Origin: Desulfatiglandales bacterium
Lineage (GTDB): Bacteria; Desulfobacterota; DSM-4660; Desulfatiglandales; Desulfatiglandaceae
Assembly (NCBI GenBank): GCA_963662465.1
Contig: OY759599.1
Coordinates: 576,001-640,000 of the forward strand
DNA length: 64,000 nucleotides
Direction of reading: 5' to 3'
The translations under genes were made by a program, and so were the position numbers. Of this stretch, positions 1 to 11,111 are shown piece by piece (positions within the stretch are counted from its first letter, which is position 1; every line of letters starts with the position of its first letter). Under the pieces are notes generated by a model. That model made no database searches. It was not told where the DNA came from and saw nothing but the letters and a program-made list of their open reading frames with translations.

Positions 1-709
1 GTTTGGCCGCTCCCACCAAGCTGTTTTTCCCCTTTTGGGGGGTGCTGGCATGACACTGTCGCCCCTTAACGGTAAATTTCAGCCAGAGCATGGATTTTTC
101 GGAGATTTCGATCATGGTGCCGTCTTCGTTGCCCGCATCGGGCACAATGATTAAATCTTCGGGCTTAAAGATGCTTGCATGGTGTTTCAACATGTAATCG
201 AGACCGAATTCGCTGCCCGTTTCTTCATCCGCCACAATGATTAGACCCACTGAATTTTTTAAAGGTTCACCCGAATCCAGTATGGCTTTAAGCCCCAGAA
301 AGGCGCTGACAAACCCATGTTGATTGTCTTCGACGCCTCTGCCGATAATGCGATCGCCATCTACCCTGACCTGGTACGGATCAGTTTCCCAAAGGGACAG
401 GTTCCCCGGAGGGACGACGTCCGCGTGGGCCAGAACCCAGACGACCTGCTTATTTTGTTTGCCTTCCCACCGGCCGATCAGGTTTGGCCGGTAACCATTC
501 TCCGCCTTTTCATCGGGTGCGTTGATTTCCTGGATGGCATCCGCGTTCATGTTCTCGAACAGTGCTTTAATGAACGTTACCTTTTCATGTTCACCGGTTC
601 CCCCGTTCAAGGGGCCCAGGGCTACCCGTGACGACAGTTCTTTCTGAAGTTCAATGACGTTTTCTCTGTAACCCTCGATCTGTTCATAGATGTTGGTGGG
701 TGCGTTCAT
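1..709 (-). CDS. M20 family metallo-hydrolase (DapE/ArgE-like), runs off the left edge of the window
   Basis: Not in the ORF track. Translated by hand from ATG at 709: MNAPTNIYEQIEGYRENVIELQKELSSRVALGP...RPNLIGRWEG...AHADVVPPG...GRGVEDNQ...ADEETGS...GRQCHAS, which are M20 metal-binding motifs. Confidence 0.88.
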   Translation of the reverse strand, partial: MNAPTNIYEQIEGYRENVIELQKELSSRVALGPLNGGTGEHEKVTFIKALFENMNADAIQEINAPDEKAENGYRPNLIGRWEGKQNKQVVWVLAHADVVPPGNLSLWETDPYQVRVDGDRIIGRGVEDNQHGFVSAFLGLKAILDSGEPLKNSVGLIIVADEETGSEFGLDYMLKHHASIFKPEDLIIVPDAGNEDGTMIEISEKSMLWLKFTVKGRQCHASTPQKGKNSLVGAAK

Positions 710-722
710 GGGGATGTTCCTT

Positions 723-1358
723 TCATGATAGACCGGAAAGGTCTTGAATGGTTTTCATGACCCGGTTGAGTGTTTCTTCACCGGATATCTGTTTGGTGGG
801 ATAAATTGGATTGCCGAAAGCAATCTTTACATACGTTTTGGGTGCTCTTTTGTGATAGCTTATGCCCACGGGAACCAACGGCAGGGCTAACCGGGAGATA
901 ATCAGTTTCAGGATGCCCCCTTTGCCGGGCCCCATGCGATTGGGATAATAGGCGCCCTCGGGAAAAACCACCACGCCCTCTCCCTCATTTAGGAAGCGAA
1001 TCATGGCCCTGATGGCATCTCTGCTTCTGAGCGGTTGCCGGCGATTTAGCGGAATCCCCCCCTGTAATTTCAAAAGCCGGTCCGCAAGAGGGTTCAGAAA
1101 GAGTTCATGTTTGGCCATGTAGTACAGGGGTCGGGGTGTGGCGACGGCAATCAGGGGGATGTCCTGCCAGCATTGGTGTTTGGGGAGCAGCAGAAAGGCG
1201 CGGTTCCTGGGAAGCCCCTCCGTCCCTTCTGTTTCCATGCGATAGAAAGGAAAAAAGCCGGCTCGAATCAGAGCCTTTGTGGCATCGCATACCCATCTAT
1301 TTCTTTTGGAACCCAGTCCATAAGAAACTTCGTGTTTTGGTTGGAAACCGGTTACCAT
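723..1358 (-). CDS. Lysophospholipid acyltransferase (PlsC family)
   Basis: HQCWQD (HxxxxD), YMAKHELF and VVVFPEG motifs. Confidence 0.88.
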   Translation of the reverse strand: MVTGFQPKHEVSYGLGSKRNRWVCDATKALIRAGFFPFYRMETEGTEGLPRNRAFLLLPKHQCWQDIPLIAVATPRPLYYMAKHELFLNPLADRLLKLQGGIPLNRRQPLRSRDAIRAMIRFLNEGEGVVVFPEGAYYPNRMGPGKGGILKLIISRLALPLVPVGISYHKRAPKTYVKIAFGNPIYPTKQISGEETLNRVMKTIQDLSGLS

Positions 1359-1702
1359 CGCCGCTCGTTTTCCTCGGTGTGATGGGTGTGTTCAAAAAAG
1401 GGTCCATTGGTTTCCCCTGTTTGTTCCTCTTCCAGGCGAACAATCTGATTGATTTTTCTGTAAGACCGAAATCCCTGTATCAGCAGCAGTGCGCTGATCG
1501 GCAAAAGGGTCCAGCCTAAACAGACCACAAGGGGGTGATCCCAGAACCTGATAAATACTAATGCCCCCGCAACCAGGGCCACGACGGTGCGAATGTAGGC
1601 CAGCAGGGTCCTCCTATTGGCCAGTTCCGTGCGATATCCCGCCAGGTGGTCGCGAATGAACAACTCCGGATTGAAAGATGTATTGCCCTTTTTAGGGTCC
1701 AA
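1352..1702 (-). CDS. DUF202/YidH-like small membrane protein
   Basis: RDHLAGYRTELANRRTLLAYIRT followed by two hydrophobic helices. Confidence 0.85.
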   Translation of the reverse strand: MDPKKGNTSFNPELFIRDHLAGYRTELANRRTLLAYIRTVVALVAGALVFIRFWDHPLVVCLGWTLLPISALLLIQGFRSYRKINQIVRLEEEQTGETNGPFFEHTHHTEENERRW

Positions 1703-1996
1703 ATGTTTTTCCCTTCAAGAGGCCAAGGTTTATCTTGTTGTGTCTTCATTTTTTTGATTGACTGAAACCTAAGAAAAAAGAGACGCTGTGTCAAGCGGAT
1801 ATGAACCTTGACAGATGGCGAGTTGTTCTTCTACAGTCTGGTATTGTCGATACTTACCATGAAAATACAGCCATTAGCTGTTAGCCATTGGTCACCAGCG
1901 GGGCGGCGCTTCTGGCGTTGAAGGATTTTGGGTATCCAAGATGAAGGAATGATATTCTGTATTTATTCCGGGAAAACAGGAGAGAAATCTAACCAT

Positions 1997-2962
1997 ATGG
2001 ATGCGGACATGGTATACATCCTGGATTTGATTGAGCAGGGGGAGGGTCCCTCCGTTGAATTCAAGTCCGAACGGGTCAGGCCGGAGAGTATGGCCAGGGA
2101 GATGGTGGCCTTGGCCAACACCCGGGGCGGCGTCATTGTTACGGATGGTAAATATTATGTGAGGGTCGGTTCAACGAATCGGTTTGCCACTCAGTCTGAA
2201 CTTTTGAGGCTTTTTCAGGCGGGTGGAACGTTTCACTATGATCTTACCCCGGTTCCGGGTACGGGAATCAGAGATCTTAATTTTCCCAAACTGGACAGTT
2301 ATTTTTCGGCCTATCATTTCAGTTTTTCCAGGGAAAACGATGAGCAGAAGCAAATCCTTCTCCATAACACGGATATCCTTCACGACACTTTAGAAACAAC
2401 CATTGCGGGATTATTGCTTTTCGGCGGAAACCCTTCCAGACATTTACCCCAGAACGGCATTTCCTTTGCCCGTTTTCGAGGGATAAGCATCAATGAAGAA
2501 TTGTTGGATAAGCAGAACATCGATGGGAATCTCGATTACCAGGTGGATACCGGTGTGGCGGTGATTAAAAACCATCTGGTCGTACCGTCCAGGATTATCG
2601 GCGTTAAACGGGTGGATACCACTTACCGGTATCCGGACAAGGTGTTTCGCGAATTATTGACCAATGCCGTTGTGCATCGAAACTACGCGATCACTGGATC
2701 AAAAATCAGGGTATTTATCTTTGAAGATCGGATTGAGGTCATTAGTCCGGGGCGTTTGCCCAATACCGTCACCATTGAAAAACTCCCTTTCGGGGTGTCT
2801 TTTGCGAGCAATCCCGTAATCGTCAAGTTCATGGAGAACATGCGCTATATTGATCAGCTTGGCAGAGGGCTTCCAATGGTTTGCCGAGAAGCTGCGGATC
2901 ATGGTAAAAAAGTGGTTTTTGAGGAAATTGGGGAATCATTCAAAGTAACGCTGATGTTTTGA
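1997..2962 (+). pseudogene. Schlafen/AlbA_2 + HATPase_c_4 (RecG-C-like) protein with an apparent in-frame internal deletion
   Basis: GEGPSVEFK...VALANTRGG runs almost directly into DGKYYVRVGS; C-terminal RELLTNAVVHRNY, IEVISPG and IDQLGRG motifs present. Confidence 0.7.
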
Positions 2963-3006
2963 TAAAATATATTCAATATTCAATCAGATCTTCAGGAGGT
3001 TTTGCA

Positions 3007-4197
3007 GTGCAAAGCGAAGATAAACACGAAATAGAGGATGTGGCTGTGGCGGCGCTGCGTCCTTTTGGAACATCAATTTTTACTGAAATGAGCGTCTTGG
3101 CCAATGCTCATGGCGCCGTCAATCTTTCTCAGGGGTTTCCCGATTTTGACGGGCCGGAGGCCATTCGCGCCAAGGCGGCCGAAGCCATTAAACGGGGTCC
3201 TAACCAGTATATCCTTTCATATGGCATGTCGGCCCTTCGTGAGGCCGTGGCACGAAAGATGGAGCGGTTTTATGGGGTGAGGGTGGATGCCGACAGAGAA
3301 GTCACCGTGACCAGTGGGGCCACGGAAGGGTTGTGCGCTACCCTTTTAGGCATTTTGGAAACGGGAGATGAAGTGATTCTGCTGGAACCCAGCTATGAGA
3401 CCTATGCGCCGGTGTCGGCTATGGCGAAGGCAAAAATCCGCTATGTCTCGCTGGAAGGTCCGGAGTTTTCGCTGCCCAGGGAGAAACTGGCGGAGGCCTT
3501 TAACCCCAAGACCAAGGCCATCATCATCAACAACCCGCAGAATCCCTGCTGCAAGACTTTTTCGCGGGAAGAACTTTCCTTTATCGGTGGTTTGTGCGTT
3601 CAGTACGGGGCCTATGCCATCGGGGACGAGGTCTATGAACATCTGGTGTATGATGACCGGGAGCATGTCACCCTTTTGACCATCCCCGAACTCAAGGACC
3701 GCTGCTTTGTTATTTCCTCTACGGCCAAAACCTTTTCCATGACCGGATGGAAGATCGGCTATGTGATCGCGGCGCCTGCTTTGTCCCGGGCTGTGCGCAT
3801 GAGCCACCAGTTTATCACATTTTGCGGCCAGGGGCCTCTTCAGGAGGCCATGGCCTTTGCCATCGATTTTCCGGATTCCTACTACGACGCGCTTCTGGCC
3901 GACTACACGAAAAAGCGGGACAGGCTGTCCGATGCCCTGGCAATCCTGGGGTTTCAGCTTTTCCCCACGGCCGGGACCTATTATCTCCTGGTGGACATTC
4001 GAAGCCTCGGGTTTGAAGATGATGTGGCGTTTTGCCGGATGCTGACGGAAAAGGCGGGGGTGGCTGCCATCCCCTGTTCCTGTTTCTGGAATAACCGCGG
4101 TCGGGGGCGAGAGCTGGTGCGGTTCTGTTTTTGCAAGAAGGATGAAACCCTGGATGAAGCCATCAAACGACTCACGGAATTTTTGGGGAAGCGTTAA
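3007..4197 (+). CDS. Class I/II PLP-dependent aminotransferase (YbdL-like)
   Basis: NLSQGFPDF, NNPQNP, DEVYEHL, STAKTFSMTGWKIG, RFCFCK; AGGAGG RBS before GTG at 3007. Confidence 0.9.
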   Translation: MQSEDKHEIEDVAVAALRPFGTSIFTEMSVLANAHGAVNLSQGFPDFDGPEAIRAKAAEAIKRGPNQYILSYGMSALREAVARKMERFYGVRVDADREVTVTSGATEGLCATLLGILETGDEVILLEPSYETYAPVSAMAKAKIRYVSLEGPEFSLPREKLAEAFNPKTKAIIINNPQNPCCKTFSREELSFIGGLCVQYGAYAIGDEVYEHLVYDDREHVTLLTIPELKDRCFVISSTAKTFSMTGWKIGYVIAAPALSRAVRMSHQFITFCGQGPLQEAMAFAIDFPDSYYDALLADYTKKRDRLSDALAILGFQLFPTAGTYYLLVDIRSLGFEDDVAFCRMLTEKAGVAAIPCSCFWNNRGRGRELVRFCFCKKDETLDEAIKRLTEFLGKR

Positions 4198-4289
4198 ACG
4201 TCGGAGAAATTCCTTGCCTCTGCTTTCCTAACGTCCTATAATCATTTGAGATGCTTTTTTAAAATAATATTTGTTTCAAAGGAAAAAAG

Positions 4290-4730
4290 ATGACAACCAA
4301 GGATAAAGACCGAACGCCTGTGGCCCAGATTTTGGTGACCCAGTGTACAAGATGCAAGCTGCCCCTGACCCATATGGTGGTTTTACACAACAGTGAAGGC
4401 ATTGTGGAACGGGTTCAGTGCCGTACCTGCGGCAGCGAACACAAATACCACCCGGAGAAGGAAAAGAAGGAAAAGAAGGCCAAGAAACCCGCAAAAAAGA
4501 GCCGGGCGGGCGTGAAGAGCAAAAAACCGGATGCCGCGGCCATTTTCGAGCAGCTGCAGAAAAAATTCCAGGAAAAAGAACCTGTGACTTATACCATGGA
4601 CGGATCTTATCAAACCGACGATGTGATCGACCATAAGACCTTTGGCATGGGGGTTGTGACAGGGGTTTCCTATCAAAAAATGGAAGTGGCTTTTGCCGAC
4701 GCGTCCCGCATTATGGTTTGCGATCGGTGA
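4290..4730 (+). CDS. Hypothetical protein with two CxxC motifs (zinc-ribbon-like) and a basic linker
   Basis: CTRCK...CRTCGSEH and C-terminal DVIDHKTFGMGVV; RBS upstream. Confidence 0.75.
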   Translation: MTTKDKDRTPVAQILVTQCTRCKLPLTHMVVLHNSEGIVERVQCRTCGSEHKYHPEKEKKEKKAKKPAKKSRAGVKSKKPDAAAIFEQLQKKFQEKEPVTYTMDGSYQTDDVIDHKTFGMGVVTGVSYQKMEVAFADASRIMVCDR

Positions 4731-4879
4731 TCAATTATTTTCAGGCGCTGTTTCCGAAGTTGCGTGAAGGTGAACATCCCTTTGCGGAAATGAAATGACA
4801 ATGCCGGCTCCATTCAGGCCATGGTAGATTTCCCTGTTCAGTGAATGAATGAGCCGGCTTTTTTCTTCTTTTTACCCGA

Positions 4880-6730
4880 TTACTTTTCCGCTGTTTCCTT
4901 TTTTAGCTTGCTAGACCGCAAGAGATGCCTTTTCTGGTAGGACAATACGACCTTTCGCATGCGTATGGACAGGGGGGTGACCTCTACCAGTTCGTCCTCG
5001 CGGATGAAACTGATGGTTTGTTCCAGGGTCATGGGTTTGATGGGGGAGAGGAGTACGTTATCGTCCTTCCCGGAGGCTCGCATGTTGGTGAGCTTTTTTT
5101 CCTTGGTGGCGTTGACGTCGATATCCTGACTTCGGTTGTGTTCCCCGATGATCATTCCTTCATAGACCGGTTCTCCGGGGATGACGAAGAGTCGGCCCCG
5201 GGGTTCCAGGTTGAAGAGGGCGTAGGGGACGGCGTGTCCTGAACGGTCCGATACGATGGATCCGGTAAATCGGCTGGGGCAGTCCCCCCGGAACGGCTCG
5301 TAACCGTCGAACAGGGAGTTCATGATGCCGGTGCCCCGCGTGTCGGTAAGGAATTCGTCCCGGTATCCGATCAGGCTTCGGGTGGGTATGGAAAATTCAA
5401 TGTGAACGCGCCCCATGCCGTTGTTGACCAGATTGGTCATCCGTCCCTTGCGCATGGAGAGCTTCTCTGTTACCAGTCCCATGAATTGCTCTTCGCAGTC
5501 CACCATGAGCCGTTCTATGGGTTCGGTTTTTCGGTCGTTTTCATAACGGAAAATCACTTCCGGCCTGCCCACGGAGAATTCATACCCTTCGCGCCGCATG
5601 GTTTCCACCAGGATTGCCAGTTGAAATTCCCCCCGGCCCTTGACCAGGATGCTGTCCCGGTTTCCTTTTTCTTCCACCTGAATGGCCACGTTGAGCAGGG
5701 TTTCTTTCAGTAGACGTTCTCGAATACGGCTCAACTGAACATATTTTCCTTCTTTTCCGCCCAGGGGGGAATCATTGATCACGAATTTCATGCTCACGGT
5801 AGGCTTGTCCACGCTGATCCGCGGCAGCGCGCGGGGGGCTTCCCGATTGCAGATGGTGTCGCCGATTTTCACGTTTTCAATGCCGGCCAGCACCACGATA
5901 TCCCCGGCATTGACCCCGCTTGCATCTATGAGACTGATGCCGTCATAGGTCTGGAGTTTGCTCACTTTGAGGTCCATGGTTTTTCCGTTTTCACCGATAC
6001 AGACCAGGCTGTCCCTGTCCCTGGCGGCGCCGTTAAAGATTTTTCCGATGGCCAGGCGGCCCATGTAATCCGAGTATCCGAGATCCGAGACCAGCATCTG
6101 GAATGGGGCATCCTCCGTGTAGGAAGGTCCGGGGACTTCAAGGAGGATGGTATCCAGAAGGATGTGAAGGTTTTCGCCCTTCTCCTCCAGGGTCTTTTGG
6201 GCGATGCCGTCCCGGCCCACGGCATAAAGCAGGGGAAACTCCAGTTGTTCGTCATTGGCGCCCAGATCGATCAACAGATCGTAGATTTCATCCAGCACTT
6301 CATAAGGCCTGGCATCCTTCCGATCGATTTTGTTGATGACCACGAGGATCTTGAGCCCCGCCGCCAGGGCCTTTTTCAGAACAAAGCGGGTTTGGGGCAG
6401 GGGTCCTTCCGAGGCATCCACCAGAAGGATGGCGCCATCGGCCATGCTGAGGGCGCGTTCCACTTCACCTCCAAAATCCGCGTGTCCGGGTGTATCGATA
6501 ATGTTGATTCTGACCCCCTTCCATTTGACCGAACAGTTTTTGGCCGCGATGGTGATGCCGCGTTCTTTTTCAAGCTCCATGGTGTCCATGAGTCGTTCCT
6601 CTACCTTCTGATCGGACCGGAACAGGCCGCTCTGGCGGAACAGACCGTCTACAAGGGTTGTTTTTCCGTGGTCTACGTGGGCGATGATGGCAACATTTCT
6701 CAGGGTTTCATTTTTTAATATTTGCGACAT
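4880..6730 (-). CDS. typA: Translational GTPase TypA/BipA
   Basis: [51 protein letters not shown]. Confidence 0.97.
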   Translation of the reverse strand: MSQILKNETLRNVAIIAHVDHGKTTLVDGLFRQSGLFRSDQKVEERLMDTMELEKERGITIAAKNCSVKWKGVRINIIDTPGHADFGGEVERALSMADGAILLVDASEGPLPQTRFVLKKALAAGLKILVVINKIDRKDARPYEVLDEIYDLLIDLGANDEQLEFPLLYAVGRDGIAQKTLEEKGENLHILLDTILLEVPGPSYTEDAPFQMLVSDLGYSDYMGRLAIGKIFNGAARDRDSLVCIGENGKTMDLKVSKLQTYDGISLIDASGVNAGDIVVLAGIENVKIGDTICNREAPRALPRISVDKPTVSMKFVINDSPLGGKEGKYVQLSRIRERLLKETLLNVAIQVEEKGNRDSILVKGRGEFQLAILVETMRREGYEFSVGRPEVIFRYENDRKTEPIERLMVDCEEQFMGLVTEKLSMRKGRMTNLVNNGMGRVHIEFSIPTRSLIGYRDEFLTDTRGTGIMNSLFDGYEPFRGDCPSRFTGSIVSDRSGHAVPYALFNLEPRGRLFVIPGEPVYEGMIIGEHNRSQDIDVNATKEKKLTNMRASGKDDNVLLSPIKPMTLEQTISFIREDELVEVTPLSIRMRKVVLSYQKRHLLRSSKLKKETAEK

Positions 6731-6883
6731 GGGTTTGTTGGCTCCATTTTAGATGACGAAGGTTCAAATTGAACAATCAATTAACATAAGCATCCTGGAT
6801 GGTTTTACAAGGCTTGCACCAGGGCCGTTAATGCCGTTTAACTTCCTTGACCTTCGACCCGGAGGTGGGTATCTTTTAAAAGC

Positions 6884-6911
6884 AGTTTTAAGTTTTAAGT
6901 TTTAAGTTTTT
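6884..6911. repeat. Heptamer tandem repeat (AGTTTTA)x3 + AGTTTTT
   Basis: Read directly from the sequence. Confidence 0.9.
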
Positions 6912-6917
6912 CCGTCA

Positions 6918-7713
6918 ATGGGTTTCTGGGTTTTTGATCCTGACGAAAGGAAACAGATCATGTGTTGCAGGGATAAGGACTTTCCATATAAAAGCGTTCT
7001 CAGTTTTTCCGGTCTGATTGATTTTTGGCGCGGGCTTTTGTCTAAGGGCGCCGGCGCTGAGACCGCCATTTTTAAAACCGTTGAAGCGGCGCTGAAGGAT
7101 GCACCGGAAATGCTGGCGCCCATAGAGGATTTGGGGGTTCTGGAAAAACATGGGCGCCTGGTGGAGATGCTCATGAGCCTGGTCATTCCACCGGCTTTCA
7201 TGGATCGGGATTATGCGGCGGCCTTCGTTCCCTTTCAGGTGGCAGTTGATGGTCATGTGCGGTGTGGCGTGGCGGGTGGAAGAATTGAAGGCGACGTCCA
7301 GGATGCCCCTTGAAGTTGCCCATCTGATCCTGGCTCAGGATACGCCCCTTGCCATCCGCTTTCGTCCCGATGAAAGACGGTTTGATGTGGACGGGGCCTA
7401 TGACATCCGCCATGAAATCATCAAGAAACGCATCGACAAGGCCAAGATCAAGGGTGGCGACGAACGCTTAACCCAGCCCGGGAAAATCGCCATCGTTTAT
7501 TCCCATGGGCGTGAAATGCGAGAATACTTTAAATATATTGATTACTTGCAGGATGAAAGCTATTTGGAAAAAGGCGTGGAGAAATTGGAACTCCAGGATC
7601 TTCAAGGGGTGTATGAACTGCGTGCGTTGCGGGTAATGGTCAACATGGCCGCGGCCCGGAAGCGGCCTTTTGTGCCCCCTGAATCTGTTAAGAACGCGGT
7701 CAAGAGGTTGTAA
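6918..7713 (+). pseudogene. Remnant of a large GAF-domain-type conserved protein; N- and C-terminal pieces joined out of frame
   Basis: Frame 1 gives DFPYKSVLSFSGLIDFW...AAAFVPFQ; a second frame continues RWQLMVMC...FDVDGAYDIRHEIIKKRIDKA...ERLTQPGKIAIVY...LELQDLQGVYELRALRV, recognised from memory as the C-terminus of a much longer family. Confidence 0.65.
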
Positions 7714-7745
7714 ATTTTCTATTCTTCCTACTGGATTGTTGTGCT

Positions 7746-9494
7746 ATGCCCGAAATAAAAGCCATTTCCCCAAACCGGCCGTTTATTCCAACCACCCCGA
7801 AAGAGGTTTCCGACCTGGGTTGGGACGGGTTGGATGTGATTCTGGTCACCGGCGATACTTACGTTGATTCCCCTTACATGGGAGTGGCCGTCATTGGTCG
7901 GGTGCTGATGGATGAAGGTTACCGGGTGGGCATTATTGCCCAACCGGATGTTGACGGCGATCGGGATATCAGTCGCCTGGGAGAACCGGCTTTGTTCTGG
8001 GGGGTGACGTCCGGCGCCGTGGATTCCATGATTGCCAATTACACGGCTTCGGGCAAACGGCGCAAACGGGACGATCTGACGCCGGGGGGCCTGAACACCA
8101 AACGGCCGGACCGGGCGGTCATCATTTACAGCAACCTTATCAGAAGGTATTTCAAGAACCATCCTTATATCGTCCTCGGGGGGATCGAGGCCAGCCTGAG
8201 GCGCATCTCCCATTACGACGCATGGGCCAATGCCGTGAGACGATCGATCCTGTTTGATGCCAAGGCAAATGTTTTGGTGTATGGCATGGCGGAAAGCAGC
8301 GTGGTGGAACTCGCCGGAAAACGTCGGTCGGGTGCAGCCATCACGGGGATACGGGGCATCTGCTACATCAGCCGGGACATTCCAACCGCTGATTCCCGGT
8401 TCCCGGGTTCGGATGTGGAACTGCCGGCGCACCATGAGGTCGTAAAGGACAAGCATGAGTTTACCCGCATGTTCAAGGTTTTTTATGAGAATGCGGACCC
8501 TGTAACGGCAAAACGGCTCTACCAGCGCCAGGATACCCGATATCTGATCCAGAATCCCCCGTCCTTGCCCCTTTCCTCAAAAGCCCTTGACCGAATTTAT
8601 GAACTGCCCTATTCGAGGGAGGTCCACCCTTTCTATCAGAAAATGGGAAGGGTCATCGCCATGGATACCATCAAGTTCTCCCTGACTACCCACCGGGGGT
8701 GTTATGGGGAATGCCGTTTTTGCGCCATTACGGTTCATCAGGGCAGGCATGTCTCGTCCCGTAGCGAAGCCTCCCTTTTGCGGGAAGCGGGTGCATTTTC
8801 AATGCACCCGGATTTCAAGGGGATTATTTCGGATGTGGGAGGCCCCACGGCCAACATGTACGGCATCGAATGCGAGCGGAAAAAGGCCCACGGCGCTTGT
8901 AAGGACAAGGGGTGTCTCTTCCCCGAACCCTGTAAGCATCTGCCGGTGCATCACGGTCGACAGATTCATTTGTTGAGCGCTTTGGCGCAACTGCCCGGCG
9001 TGAGAAAGGTCTTTGTGGGGTCCGGCATCCGATATGACTTGATTCTTCGGGACCGTAAAATGGGCAGGGTCTATCTGGAAGCGATCATGCGGCGACACGT
9101 GTCGGGGCAACTCAAAATCGCTCCCGAACATTCGGAGGATGCTGTCTTGAATCTCATGGGAAAACCAGGGGGAAAGGGGTTGGAAACCTTTGTTGAACTT
9201 TTTAATGGACTGAAACGAAAAATCGGCAACAAAATTTTTCTGACCTATTACCTGATGGCCGCTCATCCCGGATGCACCCATACCCACATGGAGGCCCTTC
9301 GACAGTTTGCCATGAAAACATTGCGTCTGCTGCCTGAGCAGGTGCAGATTTTCACCCCCTCTCCCGCCACATATGCGACCCTCATGTATTATACGGAGCG
9401 GGATCCCTTTTCCGGCCGGAAGGTTTTCGTGGAAAAAAACGTGAAGCGGAAAGAGGCGCAGAAGGAGATGGTGACCGGCAAGAGATGCCGTTAG
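7746..9494 (+). CDS. ygiQ: YgiQ family (UPF0313) radical SAM protein
   Basis: DVILVTGDTYVD, GGIEASLRR, HRGCYGECRFC, DVGGPTANMY, LKIAPEH. Confidence 0.92.
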   Translation: MPEIKAISPNRPFIPTTPKEVSDLGWDGLDVILVTGDTYVDSPYMGVAVIGRVLMDEGYRVGIIAQPDVDGDRDISRLGEPALFWGVTSGAVDSMIANYTASGKRRKRDDLTPGGLNTKRPDRAVIIYSNLIRRYFKNHPYIVLGGIEASLRRISHYDAWANAVRRSILFDAKANVLVYGMAESSVVELAGKRRSGAAITGIRGICYISRDIPTADSRFPGSDVELPAHHEVVKDKHEFTRMFKVFYENADPVTAKRLYQRQDTRYLIQNPPSLPLSSKALDRIYELPYSREVHPFYQKMGRVIAMDTIKFSLTTHRGCYGECRFCAITVHQGRHVSSRSEASLLREAGAFSMHPDFKGIISDVGGPTANMYGIECERKKAHGACKDKGCLFPEPCKHLPVHHGRQIHLLSALAQLPGVRKVFVGSGIRYDLILRDRKMGRVYLEAIMRRHVSGQLKIAPEHSEDAVLNLMGKPGGKGLETFVELFNGLKRKIGNKIFLTYYLMAAHPGCTHTHMEALRQFAMKTLRLLPEQVQIFTPSPATYATLMYYTERDPFSGRKVFVEKNVKRKEAQKEMVTGKRCR

Positions 9495-9524
9495 GACGGT
9501 CAATGAGAATAGGGAGGTTGTATA

Positions 9525-11111
9525 ATGACGTGTGCAACGCCGAAAAAGTTCTTTGAGGACAGTGGGGTGGTGGACCCTGTCCATTCCTATCATGTGACGC
9601 TTGAAAATGTAACCAACACCAAGGGGCAGGATCTCAAGATCATGGTGGATTGGGGTCGCTACTTTTCCATATTTGCGCCTCGTCAGAGCGGCAAGACCAC
9701 TTTTTTCAGAGATTTTTGTTTCAGGCTGGCGGAAGATCCAACCTATGTCCCCATTCTCCTGAGTTTCCAGGATTACAAAAGTCTTTCAGCCAAACGGTTT
9801 TACAGCCAGATTCAGGAAGCCCTGCATGAACAGCTTATCAACCGCTTGACCCTTATCGCCTGTCCTCAAATGGACGCGGTAAAGTCCTGCCTGGCGTCAT
9901 GTCCCCTGTCTGACCATGTTTCTTTTCGAGGGTTGTTTGAGGCGTTGAACCGTCAGGTGAAGCAGAAGAAGATTGTTATTTTCATTGATGAATTTGACGG
10001 CATCCCCCGATCCGAGCTGGAAAATTTTCTGACCACCCTGCGTGAGCTGTACCAAAAATATAAAATGCGCAAGGACAAGGCACTCTACGCCGTGGGTCTG
10101 GTGGGCATTCGAAATATCACCAAGCTGATCGTGGGGGGCGTATCGCCCTTCAACATTGCAGACCAGGTAAGGCTTCCGCCCTTCAGTCTCAAAAATGTCC
10201 GGGACCTTTATGGGCAATACACGGATGAAACCCATCAGCCCTTTACGGAAGGAGCGGTTTTAAAGATTTATGAAGAGACTGCAGGTCAACCCTGGCTGGT
10301 CAACCGGCTGGGAACCCTTTTGACCATCGACATCAAGCCGGAAACCGTTGATCCCATCACAGAAGAAGATGTGGGAGCGGCCATAAAACGCTTGTTGAAA
10401 GAAAGGAATAGTCATTTTGACAATCTGCTTGAAAAGGCCAAGCAGCACAAAGAGACCTTTGTTGAGATCGTGTTCGATGGTGTGGATTACAATCCGGACA
10501 ACGAAGATCAATCCTGGTTGGAGCAATATGGCCTGATCAGGGATGAGAATGAGAAAGCACAGGTTTCAAACCCCATATACCAGCAACGGTTTCTAAATGC
10601 CTTTTTCCAGGAATCTCATGCTGTAGCGGACGTTGTAGACAAGGGCTATCATACGCCTGACGGTTTCCTGAACATGGCGGTTATCCTTTCCGATTTTGAA
10701 GAATACATCGTTCAGATCGGCGTCAATGCCTTTTACGCGGGGGGGAAGCCCTATGAAAAAACAGGTCAGTTTTTGCTGACGGCCTGGTTGTATCAGTTCG
10801 TGGAAGGCGGGAAGGGGGACCTGCGTTACGAGGTGCCTTCCGGGTTGGGTCGAATGGACATTTTGCTTACTTACGGGGGACGGAAAACCATTATCGAAAC
10901 AAAGATAAACCGAACCCTGATCCACAAGACCATCGACAAAGCCGTCGATCAGGTCTGCGACAAGTACCTTTTGACGGAAAGGGCGAACGAGGGATATGTG
11001 ATTGTCTTTGACGTCAAGAAAAAGGTTGGGGAGATCGAAGGCCCTCACAGTCGGGAAAAAGACGGCCATAGGGTGCTGGTTTTTGATATGGGAATCGGGA
11101 AGGGGAAATGA
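9525..11111 (+). CDS. AAA-like P-loop ATPase fused to a C-terminal PD-(D/E)XK nuclease-like domain (copy 1)
   Basis: Walker A APRQSGKTT, Walker B IFIDEFD, SPFNI, TAGQPWLVN, C-terminal YE...GRMDILL...IIETK. Confidence 0.85.
   Translation: MTCATPKKFFEDSGVVDPVHSYHVTLENVTNTKGQDLKIMVDWGRYFSIFAPRQSGKTTFFRDFCFRLAEDPTYVPILLSFQDYKSLSAKRFYSQIQEALHEQLINRLTLIACPQMDAVKSCLASCPLSDHVSFRGLFEALNRQVKQKKIVIFIDEFDGIPRSELENFLTTLRELYQKYKMRKDKALYAVGLVGIRNITKLIVGGVSPFNIADQVRLPPFSLKNVRDLYGQYTDETHQPFTEGAVLKIYEETAGQPWLVNRLGTLLTIDIKPETVDPITEEDVGAAIKRLLKERNSHFDNLLEKAKQHKETFVEIVFDGVDYNPDNEDQSWLEQYGLIRDENEKAQVSNPIYQQRFLNAFFQESHAVADVVDKGYHTPDGFLNMAVILSDFEEYIVQIGVNAFYAGGKPYEKTGQFLLTAWLYQFVEGGKGDLRYEVPSGLGRMDILLTYGGRKTIIETKINRTLIHKTIDKAVDQVCDKYLLTERANEGYVIVFDVKKKVGEIEGPHSREKDGHRVLVFDMGIGKGK

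Noticed and set aside
317..631. 104-aa plus-strand ORF
   Set aside because: Antisense to the M20 hydrolase, which the track missed because it runs off the window.
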